The notes beneath the pieces were generated by a model that had not been told where the DNA came from, did no database searches, and saw only the letters and a list, made by a program, of their open reading frames with translations. Positions 10,416 through 23,025 of a stretch of DNA of 64,000 nucleotides are shown here, in pieces. The stretch comes from an uncultured Thermoleophilia bacterium (lineage in GTDB: Bacteria; Actinomycetota; Thermoleophilia; UBA2241). Within the stretch, counting starts at the first letter, position 1; each line of letters begins with the position of its first letter. The stretch is from the NCBI GenBank assembly GCA_963715985.1, contig CAVQSP010000020.1, positions 128,001 through 192,000 on the forward strand, in the 5' to 3' direction. Both the position numbers and the translations under genes were made by a program.

Positions 10416-12914
10416 GAGCTGAAACTCGCCGTGCGCGAGACGTCGACCTTATCCTGCGGGCGCTCGAGATGGTAGCCGCGCGACCCGTCGGTGCGCAGGA
10501 GGCCGGCCTCGCGCAGCGCCCGCAGGGCGGCGGCGCGCGCGCCGGCTGCACGCAGGAACGGCTCACCTCGGAGAAGTTCCTGTTCCAGCGCCTCGTCAAA
10601 CCCGCCGGCGGCGGCGCTCAGGCTGCGCCACACTCGCCGCATGACCGCGTCCAGTTCGAGCTCGGCGCCGGCGACCCTGGCGGCGAAGCCGGCCTCCTCC
10701 CTGCCCCACAGGCCGTGAAGCCAGGCTTGCGGCGCCGCCGCGGCCACCGCCGCCAGCAGGCGGCGGGTGAACGGCGGGTCCAGGAGAACGACGTGCGCGA
10801 AGGCCGCCGCCAGCTGCGGCCGCGCGGCCACCACGTCGTAGGCGGCCAGCACCACGTCCGGGCCGCTCAGCAGACCCTCGAGCCGGCCTGCGCAGGCCGC
10901 CTGCACATAGGCGGCGCGGCGGCCGAGCTGAGGGGAGAGCACGTCCCGGGTGAGCAAAGGCCGGCGGCGGGCCACGTCGGCGCTGAGCACGAGCACGCGC
11001 TCCCCGCCTGCGGCAAGCGCTGCCAGCGCGGCCGCCGCAGGACGGCCGCGGCGGTCCAGCAGGCGGCCGTCGCGGCGCGCCTCCTGCAGCGCCTCCGCGG
11101 CCTCCTCGGGGGCCGCCCAGCCGGGCCCGTCGAGCAGCTCCTCCCAGAGCAGCGCCCCGCTGAGCCGGTCCGGGCAGGAGAGGTCGCACGCCGTGGCGCA
11201 GAGATCGCCCTCCGCAGCTTCCAGGTGGTGCAGGCCCTTGACCTGCACCTGCGCCGTCACCGCGCCCCTGAACTCGTTCTTGGAGAGGTGCAGCGGCACA
11301 TCGTACCTGCCCTCACGCACGAGCTCCGAGAGGCCGTTGAAATTGAAGTGGATGGCCTGGCACGAGGCGCCGTCGCAGCGCACGCGGCACTGCAGGTGCC
11401 GACCGTCGCGCGTGAGCTTGGGATCGAGGACCTCCGCGTTGTGCAGGAGCAGGGTCACCCGGCTGTTGCCGGGCCCGTGCGGCGCCAGGAGCTCGAGCTC
11501 GTCGGCGAGCTGGAGACTGAGCTCGTCGCCGGCCACGAGAGCGTCGACGCCGCGCGTGCGCACGAAGTCGTCGGGCTGTGAGCGCGGCGGCGGCGCGAGC
11601 CACGAACGCATCGCGAAACGCCGGGATGTGCTCGGCGCGCAGACGCAACCCGCAGGCGGCACGGTGCCCGCCGAACGTGATGAGGTGCGCGGCGCTCTGC
11701 TCCACGGCGCCGAGCAGGTCGAAGGCCGGGATGCTGCGCCCCGACCCCTTGGCCTCGCCGTCGCCCTCGCTGAGGAGGATGGTGGGCCGGTTGAACCGCT
11801 CGACGACCCGCGACGCCACGATGCCCACGACACCCTCGTGCCAGCCCTTCGACGAGAGCACGAGCGCCGGTGGCGGGGGGTCCGGCACCATCTTGCAGGC
11901 CTCCGCGAAGATGGCGCCCTCCAGCTCCTGCCGCTCACGGTTGAGCTCGTCCAGCCGCAGGGCGACCGGCAGCGCGGTCTCGCGGTCGGGAGCGCCGAGC
12001 AACTCGAGCGCCTGCGACGCGTCCTCGAGCCGGCCTGCCGCGTTGAGACGCGGAGCCAGCCTGAACCCGACGGTGCCGGCGTCGACGCCGTCGGCGCGAA
12101 CGCCGGCCACCTCCATGAGCGCCGCCAGACCCGGGCGCGGGGCGCTGCGCAGGCGCCCGAGCCCGATGCTCACGAGCACGCGGTTCTCGCCGGTGAGCGG
12201 GACGATGTCGGCGACAGTGCCGATGGCCACCACGTCGGTGAGGGCCCGCAGAGCCAGCGGGACCTCCGTCAAGGGCGCGTCCGGCACCGGGGCGGCCAGC
12301 AACGCGTGAGCGAGCTTGAAGGCGACGCCGACCCCGGCGAGCGGCGGGTACGGATAGCCCGGCAGCTTGGGGGTGACCACGACGCAGTCCGGCAGCTCGC
12401 CCTCGATCTCGTGGTGGTCGGTGACGATGACGTCCATCCCCAGCTCGACGGCGCGCCCGACCTCGTCGCGCGCGTTGATGCCGCAGTCCACGGTAACGAG
12501 CAGCTTGACGCCGTGGCCGGCAAGCTCCTCGACCGCGGCAGCGGACACCCCGTAACCCTCGCTGAAGCGGTTGGGCAGGTGCCAGCGCACGTCGGCCCCC
12601 ATCCCCTCAAGGACGCTCACCAGCAGGAAGGTGGCGGTGATGCCATCGGCATCGTAGTCGCCGTGCACGGCGATGGGCTCGTCGTGCCGGAGGGCGTAGT
12701 CGATGCGATCTCGCGCCTCGGACATGCCGGCCATCAGGTACGGGTCGTGTACGCGGTAGTCCGGGTGAAGGAAGGCCCGAGCCTCCGCTGGGTCGGTGTG
12801 GCCGCGGCGCGCAAGCACCTGCGCCATCACCTCGCTCACGCCGAGCTCGGCACGCAACCTGCGCACGTCCGCGTAGGACGCGGGCGGGATGCTCCAGGAG
12901 CCCGGATCGGTCAC
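10355..12914 (-). CDS. recJ: ssDNA exonuclease RecJ with a long C-terminal extension; frameshift near 11578
   Basis: GDYDADG, TVDCG, TDHH, GTVAD, PRLNAAGR, KGSGRS and GGH. Continues in ORF 10355..11938 (LAPHGPGN, OB fold). Confidence 0.93.
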
Positions 12915-12999
12915 GTAGACATCACGTCGCGAGTGTACCGCGCCGCGGCGACAGACGCGCCGGCGGGCAGCGCGGGGTGCGGAAGGACGGCGGGACCGC

Positions 13000-13794
13000 T
13001 CAGACGGCGGGAGGTGCTTCGTCCGCCGAGGAATCAGTCGCGGCCGGGCCGGTCGCCGGCTCAGCAGGCGGGTCCACGGCATCCGCGGCTGCCTCCCGCG
13101 CCTCGGCGGCCACGTCCTGCGCCTCCGCAGCAGGAGCTCCACCGGGGGCGGGCGTCACCGAGGTGACCGCCGTCACCTCATCGGGCGCCGTGGGAACGTC
13201 CGCGGCGGGCACATCCGGCGCCTCGGCCTCGGCCTCGGCAGCCTCGCCGGCCGCGGCAAACCCGGCCTCGTCCGCCGCGGCCTCGGCGCCATCGGGGTCA
13301 GCGGGTGCAGAGGCTTGCACCACGTCGGGCGACATCCCCGCCACAGAGGCCTCCTCCGGCGTCGCGTCGGCGGAGGCGTCCGAGGCCGCCGCGGCCGGGA
13401 CCACCGAGGTGATCGCGGTCTGGTCGCCGGCCGAGTCCGCGACGACGGTGGAGTCGGTCGAACCGGAGGCGGCCACGACGGTGGAGTCGATCGCGGGTGC
13501 GGCGACGGCACTGGCGGCGACCGCCGTCTCGGCCGCGCGCAAGCGCTCGTAGGTGCTCGAGAGCTCGTTCTCGAGCTTGTGCTGTGCAGCCACCGCTCCC
13601 GACCGTGCCAGGGTGGCGGCGGCGATCCCGGTGGCCAGCACGACGGCCGCCAGCGCCACGGCCAGCCAGAACAGGGAGATCCCGGTCCACGTGACGGCGA
13701 GGAAGTCGAGGTCGAACGTCACGGCGTGGTTGACCGCCCCGATGGCGACGAGGACGAGGGCGACGATGACGAGGATGATGAGGGCGTGGCGCAC
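13000..13794 (-). CDS. Hypothetical LapA/DUF1049-like membrane protein with an acidic Ala-rich tail
   Basis: SD GGAGG then GTG at 13794. Two TM helices, a short coiled coil and a low-complexity A/D/E/P tail. Confidence 0.65.
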   Translation of the reverse strand: MRHALIILVIVALVLVAIGAVNHAVTFDLDFLAVTWTGISLFWLAVALAAVVLATGIAAATLARSGAVAAQHKLENELSSTYERLRAAETAVAASAVAAPAIDSTVVAASGSTDSTVVADSAGDQTAITSVVPAAAASDASADATPEEASVAGMSPDVVQASAPADPDGAEAAADEAGFAAAGEAAEAEAEAPDVPAADVPTAPDEVTAVTSVTPAPGGAPAAEAQDVAAEAREAAADAVDPPAEPATGPAATDSSADEAPPAV

Positions 13795-13859
13795 GACGTG
13801 ACCTCCCGGACGGCGGCTGTCGCGAGCGAGTATAGCAGCGCCCCGGCGCCCGGGCGGCG

Positions 13860-14801
13860 CTAGAGCTTCTCGATCTGCGCGTCCTCGCGAGCCTGCACGA
13901 GCCACTTGGCCAGCGCCGCCGAGCGCATCTCCCCGTCGAGTCCTTTCTGGATCTGGTCGCGCGCGTCCGCGAACGACACCACCGTGGCCGCCTGGCGCGC
14001 CAACAGCTTGAAGACCCACACGCCGCCGGGACCGGCCGTGGGCGGCGAGACGTCACCTGCGTTCAGCTTGGCTACGGCCTTGCGAAGCGGAGCCGGGAGT
14101 GCGATAGGCGCCATCCACCCCATCGCACCGGCGCTGGCCTTCAGCTCGGGGTCGACGGAGAACTGGCGCGCGACCTCACCAAACGGGCGGCCCTGTTCGA
14201 GCCGTTTGATCGCGTTGCCGGCGATGCCTTCGTTACGGACGACGAAGGCGCCCAGCTTCACCGCCTCAGCCCGTGTGAACAGCTTCTCGCGGTTGCGGTC
14301 GTAGAAGGCGCGCACGGCGCCCGCACCGGCCGCCACTTCGGGGAAGCGGGCGTTCTGCACAGCCTCGCGCAGCACGCCCTGGGCGAGGCTGGTGCGCAGC
14401 TGCTCCAGCGTCATGTCCGTCTTCTCGAGGGCGGCGTCCAGAGCCGCCTGGCCGCCGAGCTGGTCCTTGACGGCGGCCAGCCTGCGCTGCACCTCGGCTG
14501 TGTCCGTGGTGAGCCCGAGGCGCTCGGCCTCGGCGCTCACGAGGGCGCCGTCGATGGCCGTCTTCATGGCCTTCGCGGCGCTGTCCGGCTTGCCGACCAG
14601 GCGGGCCTCAGCGCGCGCCAGATCGACGTCGCTCTGCCGGATGTCGCGCCCGTCGACGCGCGCCACGACGCGATCGGCAGCCGCGCTCGGCGACGCAGAC
14701 GGCTGCGGACCACTACTGCCGCCGCCGCACGCAGCCGCGACGGCGGCGATCAGAAGACAGAGCGCCGCGACGGCTGTGAGCTTGAGCGAGAGGCACCTCA
14801 T
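13860..14801 (-). CDS. PrsA/SurA-like parvulin peptidyl-prolyl isomerase lipoprotein
   Basis: Lipobox AVAAAC, VVARVDG, parvulin-like FGEVARQFSVDP...GAMGW and LNAGDVSPP. Confidence 0.85.
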   Translation of the reverse strand: MRCLSLKLTAVAALCLLIAAVAAACGGGSSGPQPSASPSAAADRVVARVDGRDIRQSDVDLARAEARLVGKPDSAAKAMKTAIDGALVSAEAERLGLTTDTAEVQRRLAAVKDQLGGQAALDAALEKTDMTLEQLRTSLAQGVLREAVQNARFPEVAAGAGAVRAFYDRNREKLFTRAEAVKLGAFVVRNEGIAGNAIKRLEQGRPFGEVARQFSVDPELKASAGAMGWMAPIALPAPLRKAVAKLNAGDVSPPTAGPGGVWVFKLLARQAATVVSFADARDQIQKGLDGEMRSAALAKWLVQAREDAQIEKL

Positions 14802-14861
14802 GGACGTGAGACGGGACGGGACCGCGAGGCGTGCGGTGCGTGGCTCGCACCACGCCACGGA

Positions 14862-15911
14862 TCAGGCCGGGGCATCTCCGCCGTCGGGCCGGAACGGCTC
14901 GGACGCCACCGAACGCTCGCCGCCCGTGAACCGCGCCGGGAAGTAGCAGGCGACCTCGTGCGGCTCGCCGGCGTCGCCGCCGGTGCTGCTCAGCTGTGGC
15001 ATGGCGGTGACGCAGACCTCCTGGGCGCGCGGGCAGCGCGGATGGAAGACGCACCCCTTGGGCGGGTTGGCCGGACTCGGTACGTCGCCCTCGAGGATGA
15101 TGCGCCGCCGCGCCCGCTCCGTGTGCGGGTCCGGGATCGGCACCGCCGAGAGCAGCGCCTCGGTGTAAGGATGCTGCGGGAAGTCGTACAGCAGCTTGCT
15201 GTCCGAGATCTCCACGACCTTGCCCAGGTACATCACGGCCACGCGGTCGGAGATGTGCTTGACCACGGAGAGGTCGTGGGCGATGAACACGTAGGTGAGG
15301 TCGAGCTCGTCCTGCAGGTCCTCGAGCAGGTTGATGACCTGGGCGCGGATGGACACGTCGAGGGCGCTGACGGGCTCGTCGCAGATGATGAGCTTGGGGT
15401 TGAGCGCCAGGGCGCGGGCGATGCCGATGCGCTGGCGCTGGCCGCCGGAGAACTCGTGCGGATAGCGGTCGGCGTGCTCGGTGCTGAGGCCCACCGTCTC
15501 GAGCAGTTCGAACACGCGCGCTCTGCGCTCTGCCTTCGTGCCGATGTCGTGGATCTTGAGTGACTCGCCGACGATGTCGCGCACGCGCATGCGCGGGTTC
15601 AGCGAGGCGTACGGGTCCTGGAAGATGATCTGCATGTCGCGGCGCAGCTTCTGCATGTCGCCCGACGACGCCTTCATCACGTCGATGTCCTCGAACACCA
15701 CGGACCCCGAGGTGGCCTCGATGAGGCGCAGTACGGCCCGGCCGGTGGTGGACTTGCCGCAGCCGCTCTCGCCCACGAGCCCGAGCGTCTCGCCCTTCTC
15801 CACGGAGAAGCTGATCCCGTCCACCGCGTACACCGTGCCGGTGGTGCGCTTGAGGATGCCCGACTTGATGGGGAAGTGCTTCTTGAGGTCGCGTACCTCG
15901 AGCAGGCTCAC
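14862..15911 (-). CDS. oppF: Oligo/dipeptide ABC ATPase (OppF/DppF)
   Basis: [30 protein letters not shown] and GCVFHPRC. Confidence 0.93.
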   Translation of the reverse strand: MSLLEVRDLKKHFPIKSGILKRTTGTVYAVDGISFSVEKGETLGLVGESGCGKSTTGRAVLRLIEATSGSVVFEDIDVMKASSGDMQKLRRDMQIIFQDPYASLNPRMRVRDIVGESLKIHDIGTKAERRARVFELLETVGLSTEHADRYPHEFSGGQRQRIGIARALALNPKLIICDEPVSALDVSIRAQVINLLEDLQDELDLTYVFIAHDLSVVKHISDRVAVMYLGKVVEISDSKLLYDFPQHPYTEALLSAVPIPDPHTERARRRIILEGDVPSPANPPKGCVFHPRCPRAQEVCVTAMPQLSSTGGDAGEPHEVACYFPARFTGGERSVASEPFRPDGGDAPA

Positions 15912-16934
15912 GAGGCGGCCTCCTCGAAGTGCGGCAGGGTGGCGCGTTTGGCCAGCCGCTCGTCCAGCGGGATCCAGCAGTTGACGCCGTGCTCCGGGCC
16001 CACGATCTCGAGCTCCGGCCAGGCGTCGCGACACTCGGGGCGCTCGTAGGCGCAGCGGCCGACGAACGGGCACCCGGCGGGCAGGGCGATGAGGTCCGGC
16101 GGCTGCCCCTTGATGGGCGTGAGCCGCGTCTTCTCGACGAGGTCCAGACGCGGCAGCGAGCCCAGCAGCCCCCACGTGTAGGGATGGTGCGGGTTGTAGT
16201 AGATCTCGTCCACGGGCCCGTACTCCACCGTGCGCCCGCCGTACATCACCATGACCTTGTCGGCGATCTCGGCGACCACACCGAGGTCGTGCGTGATGGC
16301 GATGACGCCGCTCTCGTAGCGCTCCTGCATCTCGCGGATGACGTCGATGATCTGCGCCTGGATGGTGACGTCGAGCGCCGTGGTGGGCTCGTCGGCGATG
16401 AGGATGTCCGGGTTGCAGCTGATCGCCATGGCGATCATGGCGCGCTGGCGCATGCCGCCGGAGAACTCGAAGGGATACTGGTTGACGCGCTTCTCGGCGT
16501 CGGGGATGCCCACCCTGTCCAGCAGCTGCGCGGCCAGCTGCCACGCCTCGCCCTTGCTCTTGTCCTGGTGCAGCATGATCGCCTCGGCGATCTGGCTGCC
16601 GATCTTGAGCACGGGGTTGAGGCTCGTCATGGGGTCCTGGAAGATCATCGCGATGTCGTTGCCGCGCACCTGCCGCATCTCGTCGTCACTGATCTGGCGC
16701 AGATCGCGGCCGCCCAGGTCGATGACACCGTCCACGACCTTGCCGGGAGGGTCGGGGATGAGGCGCATGATCGACAGGGCGGCCACCGTCTTGCCCGACC
16801 CGGACTCGCCGACGATGCCCAGGGTCTCCTTGCGGTCGCAGCGTGAAGCTCACGCCGTTGACCGCCTTGACCACGCCGGCGTAGGTGAAGAAGTGAGTCG
16901 AGAGACCGTCGACCGTGAGCAGACGTTCCGCCAT
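15908..16934 (-). CDS. oppD: Oligo/dipeptide ABC ATPase (OppD/DppD); frameshift near 16838
   Basis: N-terminus [15 protein letters not shown], then [18 protein letters not shown] and ADEPTTALD in a second frame. Confidence 0.92.
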
Positions 16935-16936
16935 GC

Positions 16937-17987
16937 CTATTCCTTGAGCTTGGGGTCGGTGGCGTCGCGCAGGCCGTTGCCGAACGAGATGAAGCCGAAC
17001 ACCGTGACCGTCAGGGCGATACTGGGGAACGTGAGCATCCACCAGCTGCCGGCCCAGAAGTAGCTGAGGTAGTCGGCGATCATCTTGCCCCACGAGGCGT
17101 TGGGCGGCTGGATGCCGATGCCCAGGTAGCTCAGGGCGGCTTCGGTGACGATGGCGCCGCCCACGCCCATGGCGATGGCCACGTAGACGGGCGCCATGGT
17201 GTTGGGCAGCACGTGCCTGAAGATGACGCGCAGGTCGCTGGCGCCCTGGGCGCGCGCCGCCTCCACGAACTCCATCGACTTGACGCTGAGCACCGAGCCG
17301 CGGTTGAGGCGTGCGTAGCTGGCCCACCCGAGCACGCCGATGGCGATGAAGACGTTGCACGAAACCGGGGCCCAGCACAACCATGATGAGCAGCACGAAC
17401 AGGATGTAGGGGAAGGCGAAGAAGACATCGGCCGTGCGCATGATGACGGAGTCCACCCACCCCCCGTAGTAGCCGGAGATCGGGCCTAGGATGAGGCCGA
17501 TGATGAGCGCGATGGCCACGGCGATGACGCCGACGAGCATCGAGATGCGCGTCGCCACCAGCGTGCGCGAGAACACATCGCGGCCCAGGTAGTCGGTGCC
17601 GAAGAGGTGTGACCACGTGGGCGGCGAGCCGCGGCCCTGAGGAGAGAGCTCGTAGTTGACCTCGTTGGGCGGGTACGGCGCGAGGTAGCCCTGGGGGGTG
17701 AAGACGGCGATCTCCTCGATCACGCCGATGACGATGAAGATGGTGATGATGAACAGTCCGACCACGGCCAGCTTGTTGCGGCGCAGGCGGCGCCAGGTGT
17801 CGCCCCAGAGGCCGAGCGGCTTGCGCCCCGCCTTGCCGTGCTGCTCGTGCAGACTCTCGTAGCCCTCGGCGGCGACTTCGGCGGACGTGCGCCCGTCGAC
17901 GCCCTGCACGGACGTCGTGATACTCGTGCCCATGTCGTCGCGCTCCGGAGAGCCCGGGGGCCGCTGCTCGAAGTGACTGTCGGCCAC
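16937..17987 (-). CDS. oppC: Peptide ABC permease (OppC/DppC); frameshift near 17360
   Basis: HLFGTDYLGRDVFSR, EFVEAARAQGA, HVLPN, EAALSYLGIG and GNGLRDATDP. Confidence 0.92.
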
Positions 17988-17990
17988 GGC

Positions 17991-18951
17991 TCAGCCCTCG
18001 AGACGGATGCGTGGGTCGACGTAGGCGTAGCCGAGGTCGACGAACAGGTTGGCGAACACGTAGACGAGCGTCGCGAAGAGCACGCCGCCGGCCACCACGG
18101 GAAGGTCGCGGGCGCCGATGGCCTGGTAGATCATCAGGCCGATGCCGGGCCGGTTGAACACGGTCTCGGTGAGGATGGCGCCGCCCATGAGGGCGCCGAG
18201 GTCGATGCCGGCGATGGTCATGACGGGGATGACGGCGTTCTTGAAGGCGTGGCGGCTGACCACGCGCGCGCTCGGAGAGGCCCTTGGCGCGCGCCGTGCG
18301 GATGTAGTCGGCGCGGATGACCTCGAGCATCGAGGCGCGCTGCATGTACGAGATGTAGGCGACCTCGATCAGGCCCAGCGTGACGGCCGGCAGGATCAGC
18401 GTACGAGAAGCTGGTCCAGCTCCGCGGGATGACCCAGAAGACGTTGTCGCCGGCGCCGATGAGCGGCAGCAGGTTGAGCTTGTAGCCGAAGAGCCACTGC
18501 ATGAACACGCCGAGCACGAACACGGGGATGCCCCAGATGATGAGGGCGGCGGTGGTGAGCGTGGTATCCCAGAACGTGAACTGGCGCAGCGCCGAGTAGA
18601 TGCCCAAGGGGATGCCGAGCAATTCGATGAGCACCGCCGCCAGCGCCAGCTGGATGGTGTTGGGGGCGTTCTCGCGGACCATCTCCGACACGGGCTTCTG
18701 CAGCTGGTACGACTCGCCGAAGTCGCCGCGCACGGGGCGTCCCAGGAACTTGAAGTACTGCACGTACAGCGGCCTGTCGAGGCCGAGCTGCACGCGGATC
18801 GGCCTGGATCTTCTCCGGGGTGGCGTTCTTGCCGGCGACGAGCTGCGCGGGGTCGCCGGGGATCGCGAACATGATGAGGAACGTGATGATGGTGACGCCG
18901 ATCAGCACGATGACCAGCTGGATCAGAGCGCCTGACGACATAGGCCAGCAT
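17991..18951 (-). CDS. oppB: Peptide ABC permease (OppB/DppB); about four frameshifts
   Basis: Fragments IPGDPA, LGLDRPLYVQY, DYIRTARAKGL, HAFKNA, ETVFNRPGIG and YVDPRIR in alternating frames. Confidence 0.88.
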
Positions 18952-19025
18952 GCGGCTACTTTACCTCATTCCCGGGCGCCCGTCGACGCGAGAGGAACGG
19001 GCGCCCGACGAGCCCGAGAACGAAC

Positions 19026-19058
19026 GGCGGCCCGCCGCTCAGCGAGCGGCGGGCCGCC
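19026..19058. terminator. GC-rich hairpin between oppA and oppB
   Basis: GGCGGCCCGCCGCTC-agc-GAGCGGCGGGCCGCC, a perfect 15-bp inverted repeat with no U-tract. May stabilise mRNA or attenuate transcription. Confidence 0.55.
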
Positions 19059-19114
19059 ACCTCGGAAGCTGCGACGCAGTCTAGGTAGTCACGACTGCAT
19101 GCGCAACTCTCAGG

Positions 19115-20805
19115 TCACTGCTTGACCCACAGCGTCCACATGTCGGTGAAGCCCATGGGGTTGTGGACGAAGTTGGCGATGCGGTTGTTGGTCACGCGGA
19201 AGTCCCGGTAGAAGTACAGCGGGATGGCCGGCATGTCGGTGAGGATGATCTTCTCCGCCTGCGCGTACAGGTTGTAGCGCTGCTGGGCGTCGGCCGTGGA
19301 GCGGGCCTGCAGGAGCAGGTCGTCGACCTGCTTGTTGGAGTAGAACGTGTAGCTCTGGTGCGCGCCGGCGCCGACTGGAACAGCGGGTAGAGGAAGTTGT
19401 CCATGGACGGGTAGTCGGCCGATCCAGCCCATGCGGAAGAGCTGGCTGCCGCCGCCCTTGTCGCCCTTGGACAGCTTGTCGAGGAAGGTGCCCCACTCGA
19501 AGTTGCTGAGCTTGACGTCGAGGCCGGCCTTCTGCCAGCCGGCCTGCAGCACCTCGGCGATCTTCTGGTGACCCTCGTCGGTGTTGTACCAGTACTGCAG
19601 CGTCGGGCACGCTGCCCATGGCGGAGATCTTCGCCGCGGCGTCGTCCGGGTTGTACGGGTACGGGGTCTGGTCGGCGACGTAGCCGGCGATGCCCACGCG
19701 GGACATAGCCGGCGGCCGGAATGCGAGACGCCCTCGTTGACGATGTTGATGACGTTCTGGGCGTCAGCGGACTCGGCGATGGCGATGCGCAGGTCCTGGT
19801 TCTGGCCGAGCGACCGGGTCGGTCATGTTCATGCCGACGAAGTAGACGGCGAGCGTCCGGCCAGCTTCTTGGCCGTCCACTCGCCGCTCTTGACCTTGGG
19901 GTTGTCCTCGGCCGCGGCGACCTGGCCCGGCGGCACCACGGAGTAGTCGATGCTGCCCTTCTGGAACTCGAGCCACTGGGTCTGGGCCGAGTTGATGATC
20001 GGCATGTCGATGGTGTCGATGTACGGACCGCCCGCGGCCTTGTTCCAGTAGTCGGGGTTCTTGACCAGCGTGATGCTCTGGTTGTTCTTCCAGCTCTCGA
20101 CCATGTACGGGCCGGTGCCGACGGGCTTCTGGCCGTAGGCCTTGACGCCGACCTGCTTCGATGTAGTCGACCGGCTACGCTCGCGAGCCACGGTGTGGCC
20201 CAGGGTCTGCGGGAACTCCGCGAACGGGTAGCGCAGCTTGACCTGCAGCGTGTAGTCGTCGATGGCCGTGACGCCGGTGAGGCCGGCCTTGGTGTCGGTC
20301 TGGTAGCCGCCGTCGTCGACGCCCTCGATCGGGCGCCAGGATGTACGAGACGTAGGACTGGTTCTTGGGGTCGGTGACGTAGTTCCACGGCGTCGACGAA
20401 GTCCTGCGCCTTGACCTCACGGCTCACCGGCGCCGAGTACATGACGCCCTGCTTGAGGTTGAAGGTCCAGGTCTGCGAGTCGGTGGTGTCCCAGCTCTCG
20501 GCGATGCACGGCTCGGCCACCATCTCGCCCTTGTCGTTCATGACGTACTTGGCGAGACCCTCGAAGACCTGGTGGGCGACCTGGATGCCCTCGGACTCCT
20601 GCGCGTTGACCGGCTCGATGGAGACGGGGTTGGCCTGCAGCGGGTAGTTGTAGGTGCCGCCGGCGACCGGCGAGCTCGCCGCGGTGGGGCTCGCCGAGCC
20701 TCCGCCGGAGCTGCTGCTGCCGCAGGCGCCGAGCACCAGACCTGCGACGATGAGGACGGCTGCGACGACCAGCAGGCCGCGCGACGTAGAGAAGCGTTTC
20801 TTCAC
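19115..20805 (-). CDS. oppA: Peptide ABC substrate-binding lipoprotein (OppA/DppA); roughly ten frameshifts
   Basis: SD AAGGAGG then GTG at 20805; lipobox LVLGAC. VFEGL, PVGTGPY, NPDYW and DMPAIPLYF are spread over several frames. Confidence 0.88.
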
Positions 20806-20973
20806 GGTGACCTCCTTGCGAACGACGAATCTGGTTTCCCCCTGGTCCCCCCCAGGGAATGGCGGTCTGAACGGGAGCCAAGGCTCCCTGCTCCAACCTC
20901 TCCTACACACCTCCCCCTGCCCACAGCCGATGTTGACGGATCAGCAGCGGAAACGGCCGGGAACGCGGCTGGG

Positions 20974-21195
20974 TCAGCCCAGTCTCCAGACCAGAAGGAA
21001 CGACGTGATGAACCAGGCCACGCCCGTGATGATGGTGTAGCGCGTGAGGTTGCGCTCCATGACGCTGGCGGACGAGGCGAACGAGAACCCTGTGATGCTG
21101 GCCATGCCGGCATCCTTGCCGCTGTGCAGCAGGATCAGGGCGATGAGCAGTAGGCACTCGACGAGGAAGACGACGACAAGGATGGCATTGAGCAC
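20974..21195 (-). CDS. secG: Preprotein translocase subunit SecG
   Basis: ILLHSGKDAG...ERNLTRYT with two TM helices. Usual position after gap-pgk-tpi. Confidence 0.92.
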   Translation of the reverse strand: MLNAILVVVFLVECLLLIALILLHSGKDAGMASITGFSFASSASVMERNLTRYTIITGVAWFITSFLLVWRLG

Positions 21196-21324
21196 GGACC
21201 TACTCCCCCTGGACGATGACACGATGAAGATGATGCATACGAGAGTACCATTCTTGCACTTCGCGCGACCCTCGACAAACCCGGCATGCGGAACGGAGGG
21301 ACGCGACCGCCGGGGCGCTCGCTC

Positions 21325-23025
21325 TCAGCCGGCCGGCACGAGCAGCGAGGCGCCCGTCATCTCGTCCGGCTGAGGCAGGCCAAGCAGCGCGAGCACGGTG
21401 GGCGCGAGGTCGCAGAGCCTGCCCCCCTCGCGCACGTGCACGCCCCCGGTGGTGGCGATGAACGGCACGGGGTTCGTGCTGTGTGCCGTGTTGGTGCTGC
21501 CGTCCGCCTCCAGCATGGCGTCCGAGTTGCCGTGGTCGGCGGTGATGAGGCAGACGCCGCCGAGGCGGGTGACGGTGTCCACGACCCGCCCCACACAGGT
21601 GTCCACCGCCTCCAGGGCCGCGACGGCGGCGGAGATCACCCCGGTGTGCCCCACCATGTCGGCGTTGGCGTAGTTGACCACGGCGAAGTCGTAGGCGCCG
21701 CTCTCGAGCGCGTCCACGAGCTCGTCGGTGACGCCGAAGGCGCTCATCTCGGGCTCGTGGTCGTAGGTGGGCACGTCGCGCGGACTGGGCACGAGGATGC
21801 GCGTCTCCCCCGCCACCTCCTTCTCCACGCCGCCGTTGAAGAAGAACGTGACGTGCGCGTACTTCTCGGTCTCGGCGATGTGGAGCTGGCGCAGGCCGTG
21901 CTCGGCGAGGACGTCGGCGAGCACGTGGACGGGGTGCTCCGGCGGGAAGGCCACAGGTACCCCGAACTCCTTCTTGTACTGGGTCATCGTGACGAAGTCG
22001 ACGGCGGGCGGGTGCGGGCCGCGGTCGAACTCGGCGAAGCCCGGCTCGATGAAGGCCCGCGTGAGCTCGCGGGCGCGGTCGGGGCGGAAGTTGAAGAACA
22101 GGCACACGTCGCCGTCGGCCACGCGCGCGTCCAGCTCCGGCGCCACGATGGTGGGGCGCACGAACTCGTCGTCCTCGCCGCGCCGGTAGGCGGCGTCCAC
22201 GGCGGCCTGCGCGTCGGCGGCGAAGAACCCCTCCGCGTGCACGAGCGCGTCGTAGGCCAGCTTGACGCGGTCCCAGCGCGTGTCGCGGTCCATCGCGTAG
22301 TAGCGCCCGCTGACCACGCCGAAGCGGCCGAGGCCGAGCGCGTCCATCGTGGCCTGGATCCGCGCCAGGTAGCCCTTGGCGCTGCGCGGCAGCGTGTCGC
22401 GCCCGTCCAGGAACGCGTGCACCACCACACGGCGTACCTTCTCGCGGGCGGCCAGCTCGAGGCAGGCCTCCAGGTGCCCGAGGTCGCTGTGCACGCCGCC
22501 CCCGGACACGAGCCCCATGAGATGGAGCGTGCTGCCGCGGCCGGCGGCCTTGGCGCACGCCTGCACCAGCACGCGGTTGCGGAAGAAGTCGCCGTCGGTC
22601 ACAGCCTGGGTGATGCGCGTGAGGTCCTGGTACACCACGCGACCGGCGCCGATGTTGAGGTGCCCGACTTCGGAGTTGCCCATCTGGCCCGGCGGCAGCC
22701 CCACGGCCGGGCCGGACGCCTCGAGGGCGCCGTGGGGGCAGCGGTCCAGCAGCCCGTCCATGACCGGCGTGTCCGCCAGGCTCACGGCGTTGCCGGGTCC
22801 TGGCGGGGCCAGGCCCCACCCGTCCAGCACCATGAGCACCACCGGGCGCTGCACGCGCCCCGTGGGCGAGAGCGCGGGATCGCCGGGGTCCGGCCGGGGC
22901 CATAGAGCGGCCGCCCCGGCCTCGCCTGCGGTCGCCGGCGCGTCAGATCGGGCGGCGGCGCCCGACGATGCCGCCGCGTCCGCGCCGGACGCCCTCTCGG
23001 CCGCGTCCTCCGGCGTCCCGCTCAA
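21325..23025 (-). CDS. gpmI: 2,3-bisphosphoglycerate-independent phosphoglycerate mutase (start uncertain)
   Basis: [53 protein letters not shown] and TADHGN. Confidence 0.96.
   Translation of the reverse strand: MSGTPEDAAERASGADAAASSGAAARSDAPATAGEAGAAALWPRPDPGDPALSPTGRVQRPVVLMVLDGWGLAPPGPGNAVSLADTPVMDGLLDRCPHGALEASGPAVGLPPGQMGNSEVGHLNIGAGRVVYQDLTRITQAVTDGDFFRNRVLVQACAKAAGRGSTLHLMGLVSGGGVHSDLGHLEACLELAAREKVRRVVVHAFLDGRDTLPRSAKGYLARIQATMDALGLGRFGVVSGRYYAMDRDTRWDRVKLAYDALVHAEGFFAADAQAAVDAAYRRGEDDEFVRPTIVAPELDARVADGDVCLFFNFRPDRARELTRAFIEPGFAEFDRGPHPPAVDFVTMTQYKKEFGVPVAFPPEHPVHVLADVLAEHGLRQLHIAETEKYAHVTFFFNGGVEKEVAGETRILVPSPRDVPTYDHEPEMSAFGVTDELVDALESGAYDFAVVNYANADMVGHTGVISAAVAALEAVDTCVGRVVDTVTRLGGVCLITADHGNSDAMLEADGSTNTAHSTNPVPFIATTGGVHVREGGRLCDLAPTVLALLGLPQPDEMTGASLLVPAG

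Noticed and set aside
20806-20973. Purine-rich leader upstream of oppA as a T-box or riboswitch
   Set aside because: There is no T-box UGGNACC motif or other aptamer consensus, only short hairpins.
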